NCBI GenBank assembly: GCA_012295275.1
Contig: CM022677.1
Location: 3,286,001-3,350,000 of the forward strand
DNA length: 64,000 nt
Direction: 5' to 3'
Source of the DNA: Chrysomallon squamiferum
Taxonomy: Eukaryota > Animalia > Mollusca
Positions 37,369 to 51,779 of this stretch are shown piece by piece. Positions within the stretch are counted from its first letter, which is position 1; every line of letters starts with the position of its first letter. A program made the translations under genes and the position numbers. The notes beneath the pieces were generated by a model, which saw nothing but the letters and a program-made list of their open reading frames with translations, had not been told where the DNA came from and made no database searches.

Positions 37369-40300
37369 GTATTTCACTGTTTGTCTGTATGTCTGTAAAA
37401 ATTGCATACGATTTGTAAACATTAGTTTATTGGTTACGTAAACAGCACTCGTCGCAGATGTGAGCTTCCTTTTAATTTTTTTTTTTATTCTATCAAAATT
37501 TTGTAACAACTTTCGGACACCAAATGGATTACCGAAAGGAGTTAAATCGAACAAACAAACAACAACACAGACAATAATAAGGAACAAATTAAAATAAATA
37601 AATAAATAAAAACAGAAATCTGGAATGACATCATTTCACAGGAAGATGTTATTAGAATGTATTTTCTTGAAGAGATAAAGTAGATGTTATTAATAATAAA
37701 AAGTATTTATGTGCTGGCATGTCTTTACGGACGAGTATGGTAAGGAGTTGTCTATTCTTGTTTTGTTTGGGTGTAATGTGCAATTAACCTGTGTCAGTAA
37801 CATTTATTTTACCCCAAAATTTAAGGTTTTAATCTGTCCTCCGTGCAGATTCTTATTTTGTCTCGGTTCCCTTTATAACCTTACTCGTATCATTAATCAA
37901 AATTACTTAAACGTATGATTGTATAATGTATTATTATCAAGTCACCTGTATATCATAATTAAATAATTAACTTAAACCTTAACTTGTATAGTGGATAGGT
38001 AGACTTACTGATTTATATAGGTTGCTGTCATTTTAGCGTTTATATTCCTTGTTAGGTGGCCATTAAAGCACCTTGTTACCCTACACTGAGCCTTAATAAA
38101 ACATCCAATGTGTTTAAAGGTGTGAGCCACGTGACAGTCGTCTCTTTATAACACTCAACAGTGAACCATCATAACACATTTGTGAACAGCAGTATTTAAA
38201 CATACTCTAATTAATACGCATTGTAAAATGACCCGATTTATACCATCAGCCAGTTTCATTCATCTGCAGTCATAAAGCAAACCAGTTTTCATTTTGTGTC
38301 GTATTTCATCGGTAAAGATTGTATTTTCTATGTAGCTAGATTTGAAAAAAAAACTAAAATAAAAAAACTTTCACTGCTAATCAGCTTGGTACGGTGTGAC
38401 AACCTCATTAGTGCCTCTTTGCCAGACTTGTTTTTAATTGTAATTTTGTTTTCTTTGTAGTAAATTATAGAATTTCGCTAAATCTTTATTTTTATATGCC
38501 CATTAAAGCAGAATGTCTGATACATTTTATCTTAAATATCTTATTATATTACGATAATATTTATTTAGCTATCTTGTTTATAATTTATATTTTTACAGTC
38601 GCTAACTGTTTACCTAATTAATGACAGAAAATAGGGTTAAATACACAAAAACTAAATAGCAGAGCGTATGCAGATGTACATGGGCTATTAAGAAGCTGTT
38701 TTATATAATTAGGGGAAGTTCCGTTATTTAATAAACTAAGAAACACTGGGGTTTAAGTAACTCAAAACTGGTATTAAAAGTAAATTCAGAAAGGCTATCT
38801 GCAGAGGTGTAGCTATGGGTGTATAAGTAGTCACACGCGTTTTGAACGAGATCTCTTTGATCAGTGCCATTCTTGAGAGTCTTTGTTTGTCTGCACGAGA
38901 CAAAGGAAAACGCAGACAATGGTAATTATGGTTTAATGTTTTGTTTATGTAACATACATCTTGAATGATTGAAGATAGCTAAATCTATTACTGTTGAATT
39001 TTTCATAGTGTTATTCTGTGGTACTTACGTTTATAAAAACAAAGATAACGTATTTTAATAATTAAAAGATAATATAGAAATATCAAGTAACCAACTGGGC
39101 TGAATTAGTTTTGTATTATTTGTCAACGCTATTTGCTTTGATAACGTATCGTGGAATCGTACGATTTAACTATGTGACTATATATTACCCTTGAGGGTTA
39201 ATTTGTGTAAACAGCATATATATATATATATATTATATAAAACAATTATCCATACTGAATTCGTGTTTGTGTTATTGTTCTCTTGTGGATACAGAATAGT
39301 CCTTTAATAGTTAAGCTGTCTGAGATAATTAACACCATGTCACGTGATGCTATTATAGTCTGCTTCCCTTTCAGGTACTAATACCACTCAGACTAGTCAC
39401 ATGACATATGCACTACCTTCTGATTTCGAGTGAAAATTCCACAGCAAAAGAAGGTATACATATCAGCTATGTCTCTGCAGGAACTCAGTTTTAGAAGTAG
39501 TTTCACTTGTTAAACAATGGCAGTAATTTGCATGTAATTAGACCACAGTGTCAGAAGAAATGATCACACTTCTTTGAAGGATTAATAAACAATGATCCAA
39601 TGTCTTGTAATAATATCTGCAGCTAGATGAATGAGACTATTTTCATTGTGTTGTGATACTTAAGTAAATTCACTCATTTACATTTAATGTGAAAAGTAGA
39701 ATCTGCATAAATACATGTGAGCACATTTTGTGTTGTTTATTGCAGTCAAAATGGTCAGAGTGATCTAAAAGATGACAATGCATTTTAAAGTGAAATTAAT
39801 AGAAGAGATTTCATCAGATCGATTGTGCAAACAAAAAGATAAGTCATTTAATACAGAAAAACAGAGACTAGTGTCATTCTATCACATAATGTCTATCAGC
39901 AGACAGTGTGCAAAACCAAGATTTTGGCAGAGAGAAAATGAATAAATACTAGCAAGTTAACTAAACCTGAACTGATGGTTGCATCAATGCTTTCAGCAAG
40001 AAACAAACAACATATCATCCATTTGCAATCTGATTTTAGTTTTTTTATATACAACATGACACAAAATAGAAAGTTTTTTGTTAAAACTTTGGTAGGAGAG
40101 TACTGTGTTTATGTCTCGTGTTACAAGTTATCTTACACTTTGATGTAATTTAACACATTTTATTTGTAGACAGTGAATCAAACTGATCTTCCTTTTGTGG
40201 CATTAAATTTAAAACAGTATTTATGTTAATGTTACAAAGCCACATTTACTAATAAACTTTGTCTTTCTTGTTTCTAGAAAATTCAGTGAATATGCTTTAA

Positions 40301-42109
40301 CTGATTTTAAAATCCTGGTATTTTTCAGACTGAACTAATAAAAAATTACTGATAACACTGCTTACATTTACTCTTTTGTAAATAAACAAACCTAAGCAAG
40401 ACTTTAGCATTCAAGAACTGTTAATAAAAACTATAAATGAAAATATTTTAAAAAATGACTCTCATAATTAAATCAAATGAGAAATACAAAGTTTAATAAT
40501 TTTTAACATCTGTGATTAGTGATTACTATTCATTTTTATTTCAAATCTTTTTTCTTTGTGCTCCAGAATAAAACTTTAAAAAGAAATTTAAGTCAATATT
40601 AAGTTTTAAACAAACATTTGTTAATGAAAACCAACAGTTATCTGTATTTCAGAACTTGAACAAATAATAAAAAATGTATTTAGTGACTTGCTGTGAAAAC
40701 AAACTTTGTCTGCCATCTACAAAGTCTTTCCACAAAGTGATTTTACAGATTATAATAATACTACATTATTAGTATTTTAATACTACTACTACTACTGCTA
40801 CTACTACTATTACTACTACTACTAATAATAATTATAATAATAATGAGAACAGGCACTTGCATAATTCTAATATTAATCATGATATAACAGTAGTACTTTC
40901 TGTTTACAGTATAAGTAAGAATAAAATAATAACAAGAAAGTGTAGTTAAACTTTTAAAATAATAAGAACAACAAGAAATTGAAAAAATTAAATTTTAAAT
41001 TATCAAAAATGATTTTAAATATTTTAACAAAATATTGAAAGAATGAAAAATAAATATTTAAACATCAAAAAGCCAATAATTAGAAGAATGACTTAAACAT
41101 TAAAGAACCTATGATCAATCTTTAAAAGACTGAGTCCACAACAGAAATTCATGTCAATAAAACTGAGACACTATCAAACTAAATGTATCATATAATCTTA
41201 GTAATAACTATTATACAGTACTTACTAATTATGATGAACACAGCTTCACTCAGTTTTTATTTTCATCACATACTTTGTAATTATTGTAAAAATATTTGAA
41301 AATTAAAACAAAACATAACTGATCAGATGAAGAAAAGGCTCTAATTAAATCATTCATCTCAAGCTTTCCAACTGAAGACAACTCTTACACACAAGACTCT
41401 TAGAAGAAAACATCAGGTGACACCTAAAGAATGAGACAACATGTTTGGGAAATGCTGCTAAATGCAAATGACTCCTTCATCTTTGACAAACAGCTACATG
41501 ATTATGATGCTCACTGCTAGAACTGACAAAATACTTCAGTATCAAGTTGATGCAGGCCACAAAAGGGAAGCGTCACAAAGCCTCTCTGATGTAAAAATAA
41601 TAACGTGGAATCTGTAAACAACATAATGGACAGCACAGAATGTTAGTGAACGTGTTGACAGGACAGGCTGACGTCAGCTCAATGACACGTGACAAGCACG
41701 TGATTCACTGACGTATAATTCTATCAGAGAACAGACAGACTTTCCTTCTGTATTTGCACCAGACTACTCAGTTATGTGATAGAAGCAAACCTGAATTGTG
41801 ATGTGTGTTTCAGACTTTACCTCATGACATATGTGGTTATTTCAAAGTCTCAGGACTCTGTGGTTTGCTTTGATACAGACCAACAGAGCTTTGAGTAGTT
41901 CCTCAAACGTAGACTGGACTTTGCTGTGAGGAATCACTTTTACAAGCTTCTACCCACCTTCCAAACAGACCTTTTAAAAAACAAACATTGTCTTAGTATC
42001 AGACATTTTAAAACTGCAGTTTGATTTTAATATGTCAACACAATTTTTAGGTATAAATGCTGATGTAGATGTCCTATTACTAAACATGTAAATTATATAA
42101 AATAACAAA

Positions 42110-42175
<66 letters not shown>

Positions 42176-42461
42176 TTAATATAATCATTATTATTTTATC
42201 TTATTTTATGAAATGAAATAAAATATTTGTGATTTAGTAAAAGAAACATTTCGAAAATATTTTTATATTTTCCAAAGCAGTGATGTAGAAAATGAAAGTG
42301 AACTGATCTGTTTGTTCCTTAGTTTAATTTTATTTACCAGTTTATTTAATCTGTTCATGATTAATAAATAAAAAATAAAATAAGAATAAAAATAAAAATA
42401 GATTTTAAAAAATTAATTAAATAAATAAAAATCATAGCAACAAAAAACAGCAAACATAAAT

Positions 42462-42571
42462 AATGGAAATGGAAATGGTTAAAAAATGAACGTGCTAATC
42501 AGAGCAAGCTGTTGTGAAGCACGTCTGCGACGGGCACGCTTTCTGACAGGTCAGCGGGCGTGTCTGTCGCA
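42462..42571 (-). mobile_element. ~110-bp retroposed 3' end related to LINE family 1 (SINE-like)
   Basis: The reverse complement matches 4204-4307 and has a (CCATTT)n tail. There is a possible low-complexity TSD, ATAAATAAT (42456-42464, 42575-42583). Confidence 0.88.
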
Positions 42572-42688
42572 GAAATAAATAATAACAAAGAGGTAAACTT
42601 ATAAACGTTGTTATTCTTATTATTATTGCTGTTGTTTTATTAAATACACAAAATTAAATTCGGTGGAATGGCTCATGTATGTTTGTTG

Positions 42689-42858
42689 AAAACTGAGCAG
42701 AATTAAATACGGCTGTTGGTACTGTCCAGACACCAGACATGTCAAAACTGAGCAGGATTAAATACGGCTGTTGATACTGTCCAGACACCAGACATGTCAA
42801 AACAGAGCAGGATTAAATACGGCTGTTGGTACTGTCCACACACCAGACATGTCAAAAC
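42689..42858. repeat. 55-bp tandem repeat x3
   Basis: AAAACTGAGCAGGATTAAATACGGCTGTTGGTACTGTCCAGACACCAGACATGTC at 42689, 42744 and 42799. Confidence 0.95.
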
Positions 42859-44723
42859 GTAATCCCCGACACACCCCTTACTTTTATTATAAAGAAAAAA
42901 TGTAGATCTACCTGAGCTCCACACTTGATATGATATAAACATTCTTCGTACCATTGTCAATACTGAAGTATTTACATCCACAGTTCTGTTCTCAGCGCTG
43001 ACATTTTTCTCCATCTTGTGCATGTTTGGGAAATCCTTTACCGAAACCGATAAAACATATCGGTGTTTTCTCGGGTTTTAATCACTTGTGCATTTACTGT
43101 AACAACAATGTTTTGTTTGTAACTATTCTGTTATGATGCTTCAGTTTAACATTTAAACTTGAGCTGTTTAACTATCAGATGTTGTCTAAAAGTGGCGAGT
43201 TGTTACAAGAAGTCAGCCAAGTGGGCGGAGCTACCGATTGCAGCGTCATCTAAAAATAGACGCAGGCAAGAATGTATACAGGTGCTATTTGATTTAGTAT
43301 TATTAGTTGTGGGATTGCTAAGAAAAGGAGAGTTTTGAATTAATACGCTTCAGTTTTAGTGGTTTAGTAAATAGTTGATGGTTAGCAGAATAACATATTA
43401 TTATATTTATACGTATTTGAAAAGTCCGAATGTCACCGATCAAATCTAATATTTTGATTGGACAGTTATTTTTGTACAGGGTTTTCCCCATTTGCACTGG
43501 AAATGATGTAATGTTATGATCGATCGATCCATGTATCGAGCGTCAAATTACTCGGTTTAAAAATTAAAGATTTGAAATGACAGAAATAGTAATGTTTAAA
43601 ACATGAAGTGAATTCTCAGGAACTGTGTTCTCTCTTAAATGAAATCCTTGGTTACATAATTTGTCTGTTACTAATTGTATTATGCTTTTGATTTTTGATA
43701 TCTCATTTTAAGTAGATATTTTTTAAGGTGTTTGTGTAAAGCTGTAATATTTCTTTGGTGGTTTTGATTTTAGCTCTGTTATCATTTTTGAGTATTAGTC
43801 TAGGTTTAACCATAATATTTTTTTTATTGAGATACAGTGTTAAGAAAAGACTGTAAATGAATTTTGTAAATGTCTGTTTATGATTCTAAAATCATTTGGT
43901 TTGTGTTTGCAAAACGTTATTTGGAATATTTAATTTGTATGACTGTGGACTTTATGATTAAGATGTCAAGGCTGAGGTTGTATGTATGATTCAGGAATCA
44001 AATCTGGATAAATGTATGATTTAAAAATCAAGTTTATGAATAAATGAAGAATCGTCAAAATGATTTTGTTGTATATAGAATGATGGTTTATTTTTCTGTA
44101 ATTTGTTTTTCCAATTTAATGACCACAAAGGAAAATATTACTTATTTATTAATTATTGTTTGTTTTATTGTTATGTAAAAGAATATCTGTTCATATTTAT
44201 TCATCTAGCTATTTATCTGTGTGTGTGTGTGTGTGTGTGTTTCTGTGAATCTGTGGAACCAGTGATTATGCATCAGAGTCTAGAGTTGATGTGTCCACCA
44301 GACAAAATATGAGATGAGTTGCTGTTCATACTTGTAACAAAGAATTTTCTTTTTATTTGGTTTTCCTGTGACAGGTAATTGTGTACAAACATTTGAAATG
44401 GGAGGTGATTACAAATGTTTATTTTAACTTTGTTTTCTCCTTCAAAATAAATATTTTACAATTTGTTTTAAATTTTAAGCTAGAGTCACAAATTGCTGAG
44501 GTTAAGTGGAGGGGAACTATGGTTAATACAATCAGTGTTTAGATGTTATTACAGACATTTCACTAGATGTTAGTCTTGTCTGAGGATCAGCTCAGGTCAA
44601 CAAATCATATTTGAATGATGTAATATTTATATAGATTTATAATAATTCCTGGTTATCTATAGGAAAGTATCGGATATAAATTTTAGAAATTAGCACACGA
44701 AAAACAGTTGCTGTTCTCCATTC

Positions 44724-44725
<2 letters not shown>

Positions 44726-44810
<85 letters not shown>
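44726..44810. repeat. (GA)n microsatellite
   Basis: Perfect dinucleotide run. Confidence 0.99.
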
Positions 44811-44815
<5 letters not shown>

Positions 44816-46786
44816 ATCTCTCAATAAAATAAACTATAATTATAATTCAAGGTGAGAATTGGTTCAGATTATGTTTAAAGTTAGGACAATGTTAGATTCG
44901 GTATTAATTAATTCATTACATTTAAGATTATGGTTAGGATTAAATCTATTTAAAGATACTTTAATTCAGTAAGTCTTTCATTTAGAACATATTCTATATC
45001 AAGGCTAGGATTAAATTAAAATAATTTTTGTTCTCAAACAATTTAATATATACGCAAATGGTAAATTACTACCATAGCTATTTAATAGCTCTAAAGAAAT
45101 TATCCAATTTTAATTCAATAAATCTATATGAAAATATACATTTTAGACTTTTAGATGTTTTGATAAATTAGGTTAGAATTACGGTTAGATTTGAAATGAA
45201 CTTTTGCTGAATTTTATATATATTTATTTATTTAACAATATTTAATTTATTATTATTAGAACAGGGTCAGGATTTGGTAACAGATATGAAATAAACTTTT
45301 TAGAATTAATAAATATTTCATTGTTATAAATAGCTTTTGTATTACGGTTACGGTTAGGGTTAAAATCACGATTTGGTTTAAAATTAGATTTATCTTAATA
45401 AAAGTTACCTTTCAAATTCAATACATTTTTCTGTTAAGATGTTACAAATGTTTAGCACTATAGTAGCATGGCCCTTAAATGTCCGGAATGTCACATCTGA
45501 TTTCAAAGATTCACATCTGATTTATTTGATTTTCTCCATATTGTCTTTTCTTTTTTCCACTTTTGTTGATAATATTGGAATCTTCATCCTGAGTAATGGC
45601 TAACTGTCGTTTGAGAAAGAAAATGAAATGTCATTTGAAATATCAGTTCAATAGAAAATTCAGGATTCTCTAACAAATATAGAACAACGTCACGTTTTTT
45701 TTTTTTTTTTTTACTGAATAAGATATTAGAGACTGTTATTATAGATAAAATGACGTCACAATCTGACTGAATGGAAATGAAACAAGAGAAAGGTATAAGT
45801 GACGTCACTGTTTGTTTTTGGCACGGGTGGCTAGCACAACGAGATAGCGTTACACGCTGTGACGTAACTGGTATATTTATCATGTATTATGAGTAATAGG
45901 TGTAACTGTAAACATTAGTCACCGAACGTTACAGTATTCAATGTCTTTATATTACTCTGATTTCAAAACAAAAATAAATAAATAAATATGATAAATAAGT
46001 TTCTGTTATATTTACATACAACCTAAATCTCTTTTTCCCACCTAATTAATGAACACTAATTACAGTATGTCAGATTTTTTTATTAATAAATTAATTAACG
46101 TTTATATTTACATTTCTGTGCGTTTTCTCATATCTTGTTATTATTGTACAGTATTTTTTTATTTGTTATAACTAGGTGTTGCGACAGCGTAATAAAATAT
46201 TCACACAGAATATTAACAGATTACATGTTAACCCTTTTGAACTAGTACTCGGTTTTTATCTAGCGATAGGAAAAGAGAGAGAAAAACAACAACAACAACA
46301 ATATAAAATCACATATAAAGGAATATTATGTCAGTATTTTGACACGTTTACATATATATAAAACATACACACACACACACACGCATACACACAGATTGTC
46401 ATTAATAATAATATAGGTAAAATTCCCACATTGCCTGTATTCCAGGTGTTAGCAACAAGCTCTATTAAATTCACAAAAACTGAAAAGATTTCAAACATCA
46501 GTTATGTGAAAATTATCTGATGAGCCACTGACAAGCTTTGATCCAGCAGTCGTCCGCATGTTACAGTTTTGAAACGGTTAAGCTTGTAATTAGTAATAAC
46601 AGAATGTAAATACATAAATAACTACTTTTGTAGTATTATTATCTTCATTTGTGACTCTTGTTGTTATTTATTTATTTATTTAAAGTTATTTTTGTTTTCC
46701 TTATTGGAATAATGTTTGTTCAAAATTGGTGAAAAACCATCTTGTTCAGGCACGACACCCAGCTGGTTGAACGATCGTTTAGTGTT

Positions 46787-47208
46787 CTGGGTGCTGCAAG
46801 CTGGTTGTGCCAGTTCGTAGTGACGTCAGGCTGCTGACACGTCAGTCTTGTTGTCTGGGTGCTGCAAGCTGGTTGTGCGAGTTCGTAGTGACGTCACGCT
46901 GCTGACACGTCAGTCTTGTTGTCTGGGTGCTGCAAGCTGGTTGTGCGAGTTCGTAGTGACGTCACGCTGCTGACACGTCAGTCTTGTTGTCTGGGTGCTG
47001 CAAGCTGGTTGTGCGAGTTCGTAGTGACGTCACGCTGCTGACACGTCAGTCTCGTTGCCTGGGTGCTGTCAGTCAAGCTGGAATTTACATTAAAAGTTCG
47101 TAGTGACGTCATCGCTGACACGTCAGTCTCGTTATCTGGGTGCTGCATTTTGGTGCACACGAGTTCGTAGTGACGTCACGCTGCTGACACGTCAGTCTCA
47201 TTGTCTGG
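46787..47208. repeat. 68-bp GC-rich minisatellite (~6 copies) with TGACGTCA palindrome
   Basis: The unit is CTGGGTGCTGCAAGCTGGTTGTGCGAGTTCGTAGTGACGTCACGCTGCTGACACGTCAGTCTTGTTGT. Confidence 0.95.
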
Positions 47209-47324
47209 ATTTGCTGCATTCACATTCAGGTGTGTCTCTGTGTGTCATAATGAAAAAAAAAAAAAAAAAAAAAAAGATAAAAGAAAATAAATAAAAGGTA
47301 AACTATAGTACCTTCCATTTAGCT

Positions 47325-47633
47325 CACTGGTTTTCTGAATTTTTCATACCGCGACCCCTTATGAGCAATTCAATATGACAGATGACCCCTTTAAAAACAT
47401 TTATCAATAATATCTAGGGTTACCATATTTTCATCAACCAAAGACAGTACAAAAGGAATCTATATTCACTGAGACGGGTCCCAAACCAATCTACACGTTT
47501 TTATTTATTCCTTCTTCCAAGTCAAGTTGAAAAAAACTAAAACATACCATTGCTCAAGAACGATCTCGCGACACCCCAGAAAAAAGTCTGGCGACCTCTC
47601 TGGGGTTCGCGACCCTCAGGTTGAAAACCTATG
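47325..47633. mobile_element. Non-autonomous hAT (Charlie/Buster-type) MITE
   Basis: Perfect 8-bp TSD ATTTAGCT (47317-47324, 47634-47641), degenerate TIRs CACTGGTTTTC / GAAAACCTATG, and subterminal GCGACCC motifs. Confidence 0.85.
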
Positions 47634-47665
47634 ATTTAGCTGTAGTAGTAACACTGACTAATAAC

Positions 47666-47726
<61 letters not shown>

Positions 47727-47811
47727 GATAATAATAATAAAAACAAAGATAAAAATAAATACAAATAAAAAATATATATGTGTGTGTGTATATGTATGTA
47801 TGTATGTATAG

Positions 47812-47843
<32 letters not shown>

Positions 47844-48667
47844 ATAATAACAAATAAAAAAATAAAAAAATAATTAAAAAAATACAGGTATTTTAAGACT
47901 GTGATAATTCAGGCTGCAGGAAATAAATGACGAATGTACACACACCTCATTTCTCTGTATACATCTTGAACAGGACTACAAATTCTTACAAAGAAATACG
48001 TGCTTAAACCTTTCATGGTGGAATAACTGTCACAGCTATCGGATTATTAACATGAAGTATAAACAGAGCTGTCAGAAGTATTTAATCTGTTGTTTAAATA
48101 TTCTGTGTGTATGATAGTTAAAAATAAACGATGTCAGTGCAAATTACTATTATTACCGTTTACTTTCTTACTGCTAAATTATTATTTGATCACAGACGCA
48201 CGGAAATTGACCAGTTAGTTCAAAGACTTGTGTAGCTGGTAGAGATGTTCAGTCTCAGTTTTTCTTTTACTTCTTCTTTTTTTAAATTTTAAATTTTTAT
48301 TTAAAAGGACGTAAAACGTTTTGCGCCAGTGGAAATGTTAACGTAGCTTTTTAACCCGGGCAGACGTAAATTCGAAAGGTCGCGAGTCGACGATCGTGTG
48401 CAGTGTCTAAACTAAACGAGAAAACTCTTTGACAGTACCGGTAGAGTCCTCTCCCTTCATTTATTCGAAAAGAATCTTTTTATCACTGATCGGCAGAACT
48501 AAATCTTTGGCGCCCTAAAGCTTCAACTTTTATGAGAAGCTTTTGAAATCAGCAACGAGATCTGCGTCACCACTTTTATTATGTCCTGTGGGTTTCTTCT
48601 GTGATAGTTATAAAATTTATTTACGGTCTGTTAGATTCAACTATGTATGTAGTTTAGCATTTTGAAT

Positions 48668-48976
48668 GTTCTCTGTTTGTGTACGTCTGAGTAGACTCTG
48701 CACACAGACAATGTTCGGGGACGCACTGGCGCATGAGGACAAAGTCCAATCACGACCTCACAAACCCGTCAGATGCCGCTGACAAGACTCGAACGTATGA
48801 CACTCATTCGCCAGCACTTCGAAGGCAGACGATGTTACCGTTCGGCCACCGAGAGAACCGTAAAAAAAAATTGCTCAGTAACCGAGGTAATCATCGCTTC
48901 CCACGAAGCACGCCGTTCTTTCTCTTTCGTCATTTCTGCGTGAATCAATTTTTTGTGGGAAACTGGGCATTCGCAA
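48668..48976 (-). mobile_element. tRNA-derived SINE-like insertion
   Basis: Minus-strand A box TGGCCGAACGG (48848-48838) and B box GTTCGAGTC (48794-48786). It is flanked by the 23-bp direct repeat GTATGTAGTTTAG[C/G]ATTTTGAAT (48645-48667, 48977-48999). Confidence 0.7.
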
Positions 48977-49359
48977 GTATGTAGTTTAGGATTTTGAATT
49001 TTATGTGTATGTATGTGTGTGTATTATGTATGTATTTATGTATGTTTGTTTCCTATTCTATCAACAATTATCAATGAAAGTAAAAAGTTTTTTGGTTTTT
49101 TTTCTTTCTTTTTTTTAAGGGATTATTATTATTGACTAATTTATTTCATAATAATTGCAGATATGCTGTGTATCATTAATACTCGTTCAGTCTAATTATA
49201 AACAAATGGATACATGAGAGAGAGAAAGAATGTAAAAAAAAAAGAAAGAAAGAAAGAAATATAAAAAAAAAATTCAATAAATAAAGAAATAAGTAAGTAA
49301 GTAAGTAAAGTAAATAAATAAAAGAAGTAAAAAAATAAAAATAACCAAAGCAACATCAA

Positions 49360-50127
49360 ACGATTTAAATTAATAAGGTGAGACTTATATGAATCTGGAG
49401 AGAAAAGACAGAGAGACAGTTAATAAGAAAACACAAAAGAAAGAAAGTTTAAATAAAGATTTAAATTAATAATGTGAGACTTCTGTGAATCTGGAGAGAA
49501 AAGACAGAGAGACAGTTAATAAGAAAACACAAAAGAAAGAAAGTTTAAATAAAGATTTAAATTAATAAGGTGAGACTTCTGTGAATCTGGAGAGAAAAGG
49601 CAGAGAGACAGTTAATAAGAAAACACAAAAGAAAGAAAGTTTAAATAAAGATTTAAATTAATAAGGTGAGACTTCTGTGAATCTGGAGAGAAAAGACAGA
49701 GAGACAGTTAATAAGAAAACACAAAAGAAAGAAAGTTTAAATAAAGATTTAAATTAATAAGGTGAGACTTCTGTGAATCTGGAGAGAAAAGACAGAGAGA
49801 CAGTTAATAAGAAAACACAAAAGAAAGAAAGTTTAAATAAAGATTTAAATTAATAAGGTGAGACTTCTGTGAATCTGGAGAGAAAATACAGAGAGACAGT
49901 TAATAAGAAAACACAAAAGAAAGAAAGTTTAAATAAAGATTTAAATTAATAAGGTGAGACTTCTGTGAATCTGGAGAGAAAAGACAGAGAGACAGTTAAT
50001 AAGAAAACACAAAAGAAAGAAAGTTTAAATAAAGATTTAAATTAATAAGGTGAGACTTCTGTGAATCTGGAGAGAAAAGACAGAGAGACAGTTAATAAGA
50101 AAACACAAAAGAAAGAAAGTTTAAATA
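49360..50127. repeat. 96-bp tandem repeat (8 copies)
   Basis: GAATCTGGAG recurs every 96 bp from 49391 to 50063, in near-identical purine-rich units. Confidence 0.97.
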
Positions 50128-50382
50128 ACTTGCCTGCAGCCTGCGCTGTTGAATACGCTTTGTATTTGTCACGTGCTAGGGTTGGTGTACCCTTAAATAA
50201 AATAAATCTGACTCACCACATGTTTGAACAGAATAAGATACAAAGAATAAATACAGTAATGAGATGGTATCAATCCTCTTCTAAATAAATAAATACAAAT
50301 TATAATAAAAAGCTATATGTATTGGAATGATAAAATTAAATAAATGAATTAAAATATAATAATAAATAAAGATTCAGTAGCT

Positions 50383-50442
<60 letters not shown>

Positions 50443-51779
50443 ATAATAATAATAACAATAACAATAAGAAGAAGAAGAAGAAGAAAAATGAAATAGTGCC
50501 ATCAGCTCCATATTAAATGATCTAAGTTCTTTATCTTCGTTGTAATCATATTTCATGTCTAGCAATATCTGATCTGTATAAGGCATGGTTTACATTTTTA
50601 TAAATAAAACCAGACTTTTGTATTCTTATGTTATAAGTTATAAACGTCTTCGTTTTGGTCATAGTATTTGTGAATTATGTACTTTAGGTACATAATGAAC
50701 TGAAAAAAGACTGCAATGAATATGAATGTTAATATAACAGACTTCTTTTAAAGTTTTAATAATAATAACCATATTTATTTTTTACAACCGGAATGACTTA
50801 AGAAGTTTGGTAACATTTGGCAAAAAAATAAAATCATCTTGAAAGATAACTGATATTAAGATACATTTTATACCAGCCCTGATCTTAACCTTAACCCTAA
50901 CCGTAATACTAAACCGATTTATAACAATGAAATATTTACTCACAATCAAATGAAACTTTCATATACATATATATAAAGTTATACATAAATAACTTACTAC
51001 TTTTGAAAAAGTAAATATAAAATAAATAAATAAATATAACATTCTGAGAGAAAGAGACAGAGAAAGGGACAGACAGACAGACATCCCCAGACACTCGGAT
51101 ATGTACACATAGAAAAAGTACGTAAAAATATCTTATTAATATATGCACTTAATAACTTCTGGCTCTAACTCTGCTTAATTATTATGCAGACGACACAAAC
51201 AGAAATGGAATATTCAACTCTAAATACACACTTGCCAGTGCTATGTTTCCAGGAAAACAGATACACACAGAAATAACGAAAGTCAAAACACGTACAGCTG
51301 CGAGGCTACATAAAAAAGTAGATTCGTGAGCTCTGAGTATCCAGATCTCCGCCTTCCATCTGGGTTTGTTATTAGTTTTTTCTAAAACAACCTTTCATAA
51401 GTATGAAGTGCAAGAGCAATATAACATATCGGTGTATATTATATACAGTTTATTCTGTTTCAACAGTTTATTAACATAGACCATGATCATACAGACTAAT
51501 TCCTATTAGTAAATCAATAATAATCATAATCATAGTCATAATAACAACAATAATAATAATAATAACAATACTCCTGTTATTTAATGATTACCACTCACAG
51601 CAAATGTCGAGTAACAAACACTTCGTGTTTCACAGTCTTCATTTAGCAGACAACAAAAGTGTTTACTGATACAGTGGGAGATAATTCCTTTACCACTTGC
51701 ATAAAGATAAAGCTTGAGTTATTTCCCCTTAGTGTTTCGAAGTTATTCTTAATTGTAGCTTTGGAATAAAAGCTTTTCA

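Noticed and set aside
42950-43023. MEKNVSAENRTVDVNTS with three N-glycosylation sequons, like a GPCR N-terminus
   Set aside because: No downstream transmembrane-coding exons were found, and the candidate exons are closed in all frames.
48770-48855. Functional tRNA gene
   Set aside because: A and B boxes are present, but there is no convincing acceptor stem or cloverleaf, so it is treated as a SINE head.
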